From assembly GCA_017857855.1 (NCBI GenBank), contig JAFMCI010000003.1:795-64794 (forward strand): 64,000 bases of DNA. The letters run 5' to 3'. The translations under genes were made by a program, and so were the position numbers. This document shows, piece after piece, positions 9,287 to 17,322 of the stretch (positions are counted from its first letter, which is position 1; each line of letters starts with the position of its first letter). Below the pieces are notes generated by a model. That model had not been told where the DNA came from. It searched no databases and saw only the letters and a program-made list of their open reading frames with translations. The DNA comes from Bacteroidia bacterium (GTDB taxonomy: Bacteria; Bacteroidota; Bacteroidia; NS11-12g; UBA9320).

Positions 9287-9404
9287 TTAGAACAAAGATG
9301 CAAGTAAGAAATGAATTACAAAATGTATAAAAGTAGAAGTGGCTATATTAAAAAGCACCATCTCTCCTATTGAAGCCCAAAAAGAATGTTAGTTATAATC
9401 TAAA

Positions 9405-10343
9405 TTAATAGAATTTCTTCATTTGCTTAGCATAATCCGATTTGAATAAATCACGACTTTTAAACACCGTAGAATTTAAAAAAAGGCCAAATCTAGGCAG
9501 TACTCCTACCGATGTGTTTGACACAGGATGAGTGTATTTAAACCCCGTAAATACCTTCTTGAGTTTAAACCCAATAGCTCCACTTATATGTTCGAAATAG
9601 TCCGTTTTAATATAAGATCCTGAGATATTAAATTTTGTTGTCGCAAAATCTAACGAAGCTTTACTGAAAGTTTGATTCGTATTAACCATCATGAGTACGC
9701 TAGGAAAAATGGTGAGTTTGGGACCTAAGTTTAAAAAACCACCCAATGAAAAATTTGCTGCTATTGGAATAGATCTACTTTGACTTTTAACAAATGATAC
9801 ATTCTGACCCAAAATATGCTGGAGCGCAACACCTGCAAATAAATTTTTACTATTTATACTAACTCCAAGATCTAAATCTATAAAATCAAAACTAGATCGA
9901 AAATCATCTACATTATTTCCAGAACCAATTTGGCCATTGATATCTTGAAACCTGTATCCACTATCGTAACCAGGAATAGTCATACTGCGCTGATTAAGCT
10001 GCAACGTCCCCCCATATCTCCAATTTATATTTTTATTCGATCCTTTTCGTTTTCTTCCGTAAGTAATATTTACCATGTTATTAGAAGCGTCAGGGGTGTA
10101 CGTACGTTCTATGCCTACCATATAATTACCTAATCTTAAGGGTAATCTACCTTCTACCATAAGCTGCAGGCTCTTTCCGTAATCTACTTCTGATATGATT
10201 CGAATTAAATCTTCTTGAGATCCCGCATAAGCCGGATTTAATTTTCCTGGTTGTTTAAAATCTTTACCGTTTAGAAGTTCTAAATTTTGACCAAAGAGCA
10301 TTCCAGAAAAACTTAACAAGGCTATAAAACCGACTCTTCTCAT
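9405..10343 (-). CDS. predicted outer-membrane beta-barrel protein with PorP/SprF-like 'NPAYAG' motif
   Basis: Signal peptide, alternating-polarity strands and C-terminal aromatic residues (..KKFY). 'KLNPAYAGSQ' resembles the motif in the PorP/SprF gene at 33694, but the rest is divergent. Confidence 0.4.
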   Translation of the reverse strand: MRRVGFIALLSFSGMLFGQNLELLNGKDFKQPGKLNPAYAGSQEDLIRIISEVDYGKSLQLMVEGRLPLRLGNYMVGIERTYTPDASNNMVNITYGRKRKGSNKNINWRYGGTLQLNQRSMTIPGYDSGYRFQDINGQIGSGNNVDDFRSSFDFIDLDLGVSINSKNLFAGVALQHILGQNVSFVKSQSRSIPIAANFSLGGFLNLGPKLTIFPSVLMMVNTNQTFSKASLDFATTKFNISGSYIKTDYFEHISGAIGFKLKKVFTGFKYTHPVSNTSVGVLPRFGLFLNSTVFKSRDLFKSDYAKQMKKFY

Positions 10344-10401
10344 GACGGCAAATATTTGTTTAATCGAGCAGAAATAGGTATAAAAACATGGGTAATTGAT
10401 A

Positions 10402-10429
10402 ATTTAGTTGAACCACGTGTCAACTAAAT
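10402..10429. promoter_or_regulatory. 10-bp perfect inverted repeat with 8-bp spacer in a divergent promoter region
   Basis: atttagttga (10402-10411) / accacgtg / tcaactaaat (10420-10429), between the barrel gene (start 10343, minus) and cca (start 10484, plus). Confidence 0.3.
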
Positions 10430-10483
10430 TAAAATCATGAAACTTATGGTCAAAAAATTAAACTCAAAACTTACATTCGCTGC

Positions 10484-11890
10484 TTGTTTCAAAAAGAACT
10501 AAATCATCCTATTTTTCAAATCGTATCCGAAGAATCTCAAAAATTGGGATTTCAAACGTTTGTGGTAGGCGGATTTGTACGTGATATTTTCTTGAAGCGA
10601 ACATCAAAAGATGTTGATTTCGTAACCGTTGGAAGTGGTATCGAATTAGCCACAGCTGTTAGAAAAAGATTAAAAAAAGCACATTTGAGTGTTTTTAAAA
10701 ACTTTGGCACTGCGCAACTTAAAACCGACGATTGGGAATTTGAATTTGTAGGAGCCCGTAAGGAATCCTACGATAGAAACAGCAGGAAGCCAAAAGTGGA
10801 AGACGGCACTTTTGAAGATGACATTTACAGAAGAGACTTTACAATCAATGCCCTTGCTATAAGTTTAAATGCACCAAAATACGGTGAGCTTATTGACCTA
10901 TTTGGAGGTATGGAAGATTTAAAAAAAGGTTTAATACGCACGCCTTTAGATCCCAAAATAACGTTTAGTGACGACCCATTGCGGATGATGCGGGCAGCCA
11001 GATTTGCAACACAACTTAATTTCACCCTGGTTCCTGAGACCCTTGAAGCACTAAAAACAGAAGCTCATCGATTATCTATTATATCGCAAGAACGAATCAC
11101 CGATGAATTACAAAAAATTATAAAATCTGCCAAACCCAGTATCGGATTCACACTCTTGTTTGACACTAAATTGCTTCATTTATTCTTTCCTGAGATGGTA
11201 AGATTACAAGGAGTAGAAGTAAGAGAAGGGAAAGGTCACAAAGACAATTTTTACCATACGCTTCAAGTGCTTGACCAAACATGCGAAAAAACAGAGGATA
11301 TTTGGGTGAGATGGGCTGCCATTTTACACGATATCGCAAAGCCTGCTACCAAACGTTTTTTTCCTGGGGAAGGATGGACTTTTCATGGACACGAGGACAA
11401 AGGATCTCGCATGGTAAAGCCTATCTTTACAAGACTTAAACTACCCTTAGGTGAGCCCATGAGACGAGTGGTAAACCTAGTAAGGCTGCACTTAAGACCC
11501 ATAGCACTCACCAAGGAGCAAATTACCGATTCCGCCATACGAAGATTAATCTTTGACGCAGAATCTGACCTGGAAGATCTTATGATCTTGTGCAAAAGTG
11601 ATATCACTACTAAAAACAAAGAAAAAGAAAAACGTTTTCAAGCAAACCTGCTTCTTGTAGAAGATAATATAGCACAAGTAGAAGAACGCGATCGGATAAG
11701 AAACTGGCAGCCTCCCATTGATGGTCAATACATTATGGATCTTTTTGGAATAGGCCCCAGTAGAGAAATAGGAATAATCAAAACGCAATTAAAAGATGCT
11801 ATTCTGGACGGAATTATTGATAACAATCTGGAAGAAGCATTAAAATTTGTGATAGAAAAAGGAAAAGAATTAGGTTTGCAAGTGCAATGA
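10484..11890 (+). CDS. cca: CCA-adding tRNA nucleotidyltransferase / poly(A) polymerase family with HD domain
   Basis: 'VVGGFVRD', 'RDFTINA' and HD motif 'ILHDIAKP'. TTG start, with no in-frame ATG nearby. Confidence 0.85.
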   Translation: MFQKELNHPIFQIVSEESQKLGFQTFVVGGFVRDIFLKRTSKDVDFVTVGSGIELATAVRKRLKKAHLSVFKNFGTAQLKTDDWEFEFVGARKESYDRNSRKPKVEDGTFEDDIYRRDFTINALAISLNAPKYGELIDLFGGMEDLKKGLIRTPLDPKITFSDDPLRMMRAARFATQLNFTLVPETLEALKTEAHRLSIISQERITDELQKIIKSAKPSIGFTLLFDTKLLHLFFPEMVRLQGVEVREGKGHKDNFYHTLQVLDQTCEKTEDIWVRWAAILHDIAKPATKRFFPGEGWTFHGHEDKGSRMVKPIFTRLKLPLGEPMRRVVNLVRLHLRPIALTKEQITDSAIRRLIFDAESDLEDLMILCKSDITTKNKEKEKRFQANLLLVEDNIAQVEERDRIRNWQPPIDGQYIMDLFGIGPSREIGIIKTQLKDAILDGIIDNNLEEALKFVIEKGKELGLQVQ

Positions 11891-12546
11891 GTTTGGTATT
11901 TAGATTTAGAGTGACATTTGAAGATGTAGACAATGTAGTCCGTGTAATTGACGTAAGTGCAAGTAATACATTTAAAGATTTTCACCATAAAATTCAAGAG
12001 GCTATTGGTTTTGACAATATCCAGGAGGCATCCTTTTTTAAAGCCAACGATATTTGGCGAAAAGATGGTGATGAATTTTGCACAGAAGGAAAGGAAGATG
12101 CCAGAGAAGCAGGAGCTTGCGAGCTAGGTAAGTTTATAGATGACCCTCATCAAAAATTTCTTTATATCTATGATCCTAAAAATGGAGATTGGCACCTTAG
12201 GGCAGAATTGATAAAACTCTTTAGAGCTGAAGCTGGAAATACTTACCCTCATGTTTTTAAGATTGATGGTGTTGCACCAAAACAATTTATCGACCCTAAA
12301 TTAATTATCTCGGATCCGAGTGCTAAACTTTTTAAAGAAGCTGATTCTCTCATTGGTGGCCTTACAGATGACATAATAAAAGATGAAATAATCGAGGATG
12401 AGGATGATCTAGATGACGACTTTGACGAAGATGAGGATGAGGATGAAATTGAAGATGAAAAAGATGAATTTAACCTCTTCGGTGATGAAGTGGATGAATC
12501 TGAAATTGACGAATCGCAGATAAATGACGGAATCCCAACAGAATAG
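11887..12546 (+). CDS. PRiA4b-ORF3-like (MM3350-like) domain protein with poly-acidic C-terminal tail
   Basis: 'FRFRVTFEDVDNVVRVIDVSASNTFKDFHHKIQEAIGFDN..ASFF' and 'YIYDPKNGDWHLRAEL' follow the PRiA4_ORF3 pattern as I recall it. In aa 161-210, 32 of 50 residues are D/E. Confidence 0.5.
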   Translation: MSLVFRFRVTFEDVDNVVRVIDVSASNTFKDFHHKIQEAIGFDNIQEASFFKANDIWRKDGDEFCTEGKEDAREAGACELGKFIDDPHQKFLYIYDPKNGDWHLRAELIKLFRAEAGNTYPHVFKIDGVAPKQFIDPKLIISDPSAKLFKEADSLIGGLTDDIIKDEIIEDEDDLDDDFDEDEDEDEIEDEKDEFNLFGDEVDESEIDESQINDGIPTE

Positions 12547-13414
12547 ACCACGACTTATAGTTATAGCAGGACCAACAGCCGTAGGCAAAACAGAACTTGC
12601 CATACGTCTAGCCCAGTACTTTGAAACAGAAATTCTTTCTTGCGATAGTCGACAGCTTTATAAAGAGCTCAATATTGGTGTAGCCAGACCGTCTAGCAAA
12701 GAACTTCTTGCTGCCAAGCACCATTTCGTTGCATCTCATTCTATTCATGATGAATACAATGCGGGTATTTACGCACGCGATGTACACTACTTACTTAAAA
12801 AACTGTTTACTAAACATGAAGTAGTAATCATGACTGGAGGTACAGGTTTGTACGTAAAAGCAGCTACGGAAGGCTTAGATATACTCCCGACAAAAAACGA
12901 GCACCTGCGAGAGCAACTAAGCTATATTCTAGAAACAGAGGGCATTGAAGCATTACAAAGTGTGGCCAATTCATTAGAAATTTCAGACAGCGAAGTAGAT
13001 TTTACCAACCCAATGCGTCTTATGCGTGCTATCGAGATAAAAGAAGGTGGAGAAATGGAACAGACCGCTAAATCTGAACCTTTTTTTGACACTACTTATT
13101 TATATCTAGACAGAGATCGTGATGAATTGTATGACCGTATTAACAAGCGTGTAGACAGCATGTTAGCAGTAGGACTAGAAGAAGAAGCGTTAGGCCTACT
13201 CCCTTACAAAGACCTTAACGCAATGAATACAGTGGGTTACAAGGAAATGTTCAAGTACTTTAATAAAGAATGGACTTACGATCATACCGTAGAAAAGATT
13301 AAACAACACACGCGCAACTACGCAAAAAGACAGCTTACTTGGTTCCGAAATCAAGGAAATTACACCATGGTAGATGCTAATTTTTCCAAAGTCTTAGCTG
13401 AGATTAATAAATAA
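12524..13414 (+). CDS. miaA: tRNA dimethylallyltransferase
   Basis: P-loop 'IAGPTAVGKT', 'SCDSRQLYKELNIGVARP', and typical length. Confidence 0.92.
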   Translation: MTESQQNRPRLIVIAGPTAVGKTELAIRLAQYFETEILSCDSRQLYKELNIGVARPSSKELLAAKHHFVASHSIHDEYNAGIYARDVHYLLKKLFTKHEVVIMTGGTGLYVKAATEGLDILPTKNEHLREQLSYILETEGIEALQSVANSLEISDSEVDFTNPMRLMRAIEIKEGGEMEQTAKSEPFFDTTYLYLDRDRDELYDRINKRVDSMLAVGLEEEALGLLPYKDLNAMNTVGYKEMFKYFNKEWTYDHTVEKIKQHTRNYAKRQLTWFRNQGNYTMVDANFSKVLAEINK

Positions 13415-13521
13415 CACTTCCCCCAATTCGGGAAAATAAAGACGAGCAAAAAAATATTCTTTTTTGTTGATGCTTGTAGCCACTGCTCAGTCTCCTGCTT
13501 TATTGTTCCTAAGTGTTAATC

Positions 13522-13980
13522 TTACTTCACTTCAAACAGTTCGATGTCAAATGCCAAAACTTCATTTTTGCCAATAACACTGCCTCTTGGAGGGTTCGAT
13601 CCGTAAGCTAGATGAGAGGGAATAAGCAAGGTCCCCGAGCCACCTACACTTAACTGAGGTATCCCGATTTGCCAACCTTGTATAACTCCACTTAAAGGAA
13701 AGGTAGATGTTTTACCTCTGTCATATGACGAGTCAAAAATATTGCCATTAAGCGTGTACCCTTTGTAATGAACCGTAACTGTACTTGCAATACTTGCTCG
13801 TTCCCCGTTACCCACTTTGGTAATAACATAATACACCCCTTCTTCTGTTTTTTCAGCTGTAAGACCATTAGTAGCTATATAATCCCGTATGGTTTGATCA
13901 TCTAAGATTACGTAGTCTTTTTCCTTACAACCCGATATGCCAAGTACCACGGCCAGTGCTATTATTACTATATTTTTCAT
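13522..13980 (-). CDS. FKBP-type peptidyl-prolyl cis-trans isomerase lipoprotein
   Basis: Lipobox 'LGISGC'. FKBP core 'VHYKGYTLNGNIFDSS', 'GVIQGWQIGIPQLSVGG', 'LIPSHLAYG'. Confidence 0.85.
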   Translation of the reverse strand: MKNIVIIALAVVLGISGCKEKDYVILDDQTIRDYIATNGLTAEKTEEGVYYVITKVGNGERASIASTVTVHYKGYTLNGNIFDSSYDRGKTSTFPLSGVIQGWQIGIPQLSVGGSGTLLIPSHLAYGSNPPRGSVIGKNEVLAFDIELFEVK

Positions 13981-15350
13981 TTTTTAGTTATCTTTTTTCT
14001 TTGTTTTTCTTCCCATTCTTTGCGCCCTACAGTATGATTCCATCCAAACCTAATTCGTAAATTTTGTTGATCACCCGATATGGCGTTAGATACATTATCG
14101 CTCGCAATATAAAACTGTTCTGCATCAAAATTCAAACCCAGTCCTAATCCAAAATTAGAATAATTCTCGCGCATAGCAGTGTAACTTAAGCTTAATGCCA
14201 TAAAACGTCCAAATTCAGAATTCCACGAAAAAGTGATAGCCGGATAAAATTGCTTTTTATAAAAACTTCCGTAAACCAATGCTCCAGCATTATGACGATC
14301 ATTTAAACTAAGATTGGCACCCATATAAAACTCACCAAGTAGGCCTGTAGAAAAGGAAGTAGAAGTAGTCTCTAATGCAAAAATATCGAGTAACGTATCA
14401 GATAGATTTTGAAAACTATTCTGAAAACCGATAGAATCGCTGATAAGGTGTTCAATTCCTTGGTAACTAAAAGTACTTCCAGGTTTTTTTGACTTAATTT
14501 TTTGAGCATCATTCCAGTAAATCTGTCCTAAATCTATAATACTGGCAGTCAATGTTATTCTTTTGTTAAGATCCAGACTTGCGCCCAAATCCAAACCAAA
14601 TCCACTATTATTTGGATTCCCAAATATCCTTTGCTTTGTACTAACACCCATTTGGTCTTCTAAAAAAGGAGTATATTTATTTATCTCAATATCGGCCTGC
14701 ACATCAAAAGTAAGATCGGCAGCATTGTTTCTAAATCGCAAATCGTTATTCACCGTTTGTATCACATTCTGACCTCTTATGTACTTAGCCGTTCCACCTA
14801 GAGTTAATCTATCATTTAAAAAGGTATGGTTAAATCCTAATACTAACTCCCTAGTATGAAGAACATCTAATCCGAAATTAAAATTAAAATCGTATCCTAC
14901 ATTAGGACCACTATTCCCTTGAAAAGCGAGCTTTAGAAGGTCACTAGGTAAAGAAATCTTTGTTTTTACTTTTTCCAAAACAGTTAAGAAAAACATGCTT
15001 TTCCTGACCCTAAAACCTGCATTAAACCACTCTTGATTCATATCAATATGCACAAAAGTTGGCTGATCTAAGAATTCACTTGAGCGTATCAGATTAAGCA
15101 CATAGGCTCCATTGGGTCTAGTGCCCAATGAGTTACCTATTTTAAGAATTGAAAAAGCATTGCTATTAAAACTAAAGTCATTTGAAGATAAACCCGGTGT
15201 ACCCATATACCACTTACAGTCTGGAGACAATGCAGGATTCACACTGAGCCGCTGTGGGATAGGCTCCATATTATACAGCGTAAGATTACTTTGCGCTTGT
15301 ACTCCCATTCCGGCGGTAAATAATATGATGAATACAATTAGATTTTTCAT
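13977..15350 (-). CDS. predicted outer-membrane beta-barrel protein (possibly DUF5723-like)
   Basis: Signal peptide ending 'GVQAQ', 'SVNPAL' motif and long alternating strands. The stop overlaps the FKBP ATG (ATGA at 13977-13980). Confidence 0.5.
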   Translation of the reverse strand: MKNLIVFIILFTAGMGVQAQSNLTLYNMEPIPQRLSVNPALSPDCKWYMGTPGLSSNDFSFNSNAFSILKIGNSLGTRPNGAYVLNLIRSSEFLDQPTFVHIDMNQEWFNAGFRVRKSMFFLTVLEKVKTKISLPSDLLKLAFQGNSGPNVGYDFNFNFGLDVLHTRELVLGFNHTFLNDRLTLGGTAKYIRGQNVIQTVNNDLRFRNNAADLTFDVQADIEINKYTPFLEDQMGVSTKQRIFGNPNNSGFGLDLGASLDLNKRITLTASIIDLGQIYWNDAQKIKSKKPGSTFSYQGIEHLISDSIGFQNSFQNLSDTLLDIFALETTSTSFSTGLLGEFYMGANLSLNDRHNAGALVYGSFYKKQFYPAITFSWNSEFGRFMALSLSYTAMRENYSNFGLGLGLNFDAEQFYIASDNVSNAISGDQQNLRIRFGWNHTVGRKEWEEKQRKKITKK

Positions 15351-15503
15351 CTACTTAATCTGCATGGCAAGTTAGCTTTATTGCTGCTAGCGCGATTGTT
15401 TTCATCAACGGTGTCCACCAATTCTTGGATATACCCGAAAAGTATAACTTTAAAGAACATAGGAAACACGAATAATTTGCTCATATATTTGGACAAAAAT
15501 ATA

Positions 15504-15896
15504 ATGATAATCGTGAAAGTTATTAGAAACTTTAAGATAGCCGGTATTCTATGTGCAATCTATGTAACACTGGGTGCCTTTGGTGCCCACGGCCTTAAAG
15601 ATAAGCTTAGCGTCTTAGATTTAGCAACCTATGAAACTGGCCTTCGTTACCTCATTATTCATGCCCTTGGAATAATCCTCGTGAACACTTCATACCATCA
15701 GTTAGCTATTTATAATTCATGGACCATTCGCTTATTTTATGCCGGGATCATACTGTTTTCAGGGAGTCTTATTATACACGCTATTCGTCACTTATTGGGT
15801 TTTGATATCAATGTATTTGCATTGATAGCACCTGTTGGTGGACTATGCTTTATTGCGGGATGGTTGGTTTATTTTTTTAGTGTACGAAAAGCATGA
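15504..15896 (+). CDS. DUF423 (YgdD/TMEM256-like) membrane protein
   Basis: From the ATG at 15504: 'GILCAIYVTLGAFGAHGLK' plus four hydrophobic helices. The track ORF (15381) extends upstream from a TTG. Confidence 0.75.
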   Translation: MIIVKVIRNFKIAGILCAIYVTLGAFGAHGLKDKLSVLDLATYETGLRYLIIHALGIILVNTSYHQLAIYNSWTIRLFYAGIILFSGSLIIHAIRHLLGFDINVFALIAPVGGLCFIAGWLVYFFSVRKA

Positions 15897-16378
15897 AACG
15901 AGTTTTACTTATGCGCCATGCAAAGTCTAGCTGGGATAATCAACTGCATTCTGATTACGAAAGACCATTAAATGAACGCGGGAAAACAGACGCGCCAAAC
16001 ATGGCAAGCCAGATGATTAAAAAAGGTTTTTTACCAGAACTTATGCTCGTTTCAGATAGTGTTAGAACACGAGAAACACGTGAATTGATAATGCCATTTT
16101 TACCTGCAATATCCACACAATTCAGCGCAACATTATATATGGCCAGTGCACAAACAATTATCGATCATATCAAGAATACAGATAATTTAATAGATACAGT
16201 TTTGGTATTGGCACATAATCCAGGAATAACAGAGGCGTTTTATGACTTAGCACACGTAAGTATAGACAATGTCCCAACAGCGGGAGTAGGTTGTATTACT
16301 TTTGAAGTAGATAGCTTTAAAAATATTGCGCCGCATAATGCACGCTTAGAGTACTTTATTTATCCTAAAATGTACTAA
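15893..16378 (+). CDS. histidine phosphatase family protein (SixA-like)
   Basis: 'LLMRHAKSSW' (RHG-type motif) and 'LAHNPG'. 161 aa. ATGA overlap with the DUF423 gene. Confidence 0.75.
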   Translation: MKRVLLMRHAKSSWDNQLHSDYERPLNERGKTDAPNMASQMIKKGFLPELMLVSDSVRTRETRELIMPFLPAISTQFSATLYMASAQTIIDHIKNTDNLIDTVLVLAHNPGITEAFYDLAHVSIDNVPTAGVGCITFEVDSFKNIAPHNARLEYFIYPKMY

Positions 16379-17241
16379 TAGGTATAAATCACTCTTTTGC
16401 CATTTACAATGAGTGCTACTTTATTATCGCAAGCCCTGTCGTTATCCGGATCAAAATCAACCTCCATAATTGAATTTGTTTCGGGCAATGCAGCTACCAT
16501 GTCTCCAGCCAATATGTATTTAGCACACGCTAGTGCGTAATTTTTAATTAATGGATTCGTCGTGCTGAATAAAAGAGCTGAAGTAGAGTCGCTGACACTT
16601 ATAGTTCCCGAAAAAGAAAGCTCGTCATTCACTATTCCTAGACCCCCATCCTGCAGCGTTTGTACCGAAAAATTAGCTGCAATCATATGTTTTTCTTCCT
16701 CCAAAGAAGTTTTTAATTCTTTTATGCTAAAAGTAATCTCTGTTTCACTTTTACGCAACAATGCCATTTGACCTACTAGCTTGGTCATTTTCTTACCATT
16801 GCCAGTGTAATAGGGAAATTCTTCCGAAAAAGAAACTTCCAATTTAGCATCCAGTTGAGACATTGGTCGGTTTATCGCTACCATCATCTTACCTGCTCTA
16901 TACTTGTTATCCTTACACAATTGGCCATGAGGTTCTTCACCCAAACCGCCAAAATCTAATTCAATTTTTAACCCATTCCCATCCTGAAATGTAGTGTCTA
17001 TATAATTGATAATTAAACCATTTGGCAATAACGATTGATCTTTTTTTAAGAATAAAACATTACTTGATGACAGATCTGAAATAATATCAAACGTAGATAA
17101 AACTTCCGTTAGCAGAGAAAGAGAAACCTCGGTAGACTTACTATTTATCGACACTTCTATTAGGTTGTCTTCTTTACAACCTGCCATAGATGTAGTAAGT
17201 ATGACCAAACTTATAAAAATATTTCTCTTTGCTATTTTCAC
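16375..17241 (-). CDS. hypothetical lipoprotein
   Basis: Lipobox 'SMAGC'. No family recognised. Its stop overlaps the convergent SixA-like stop by 4 nt. Confidence 0.5.
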   Translation of the reverse strand: MKIAKRNIFISLVILTTSMAGCKEDNLIEVSINSKSTEVSLSLLTEVLSTFDIISDLSSSNVLFLKKDQSLLPNGLIINYIDTTFQDGNGLKIELDFGGLGEEPHGQLCKDNKYRAGKMMVAINRPMSQLDAKLEVSFSEEFPYYTGNGKKMTKLVGQMALLRKSETEITFSIKELKTSLEEEKHMIAANFSVQTLQDGGLGIVNDELSFSGTISVSDSTSALLFSTTNPLIKNYALACAKYILAGDMVAALPETNSIMEVDFDPDNDRACDNKVALIVNGKRVIYTY

Positions 17242-17322
17242 GCTATTTTGATGGGCGAATTTAGTGACACTTCTTATCTTTTAAATTAGCTTTGAACAGT
17301 TTTAGCATAATAATTACAATAA

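Noticed and set aside
12367-12516. GAT/GAA-rich DNA as a possible tandem repeat or contingency locus.
   Set aside because: There is no exact repeating unit. It is codon-level low complexity encoding the D/E tail, not a microsatellite.
13593-13602. GGTTCGATCC, a tRNA T-arm-like decamer.
   Set aside because: It lies inside the well-supported FKBP coding sequence. I could not build an acceptor stem, D-arm or anticodon arm around it.
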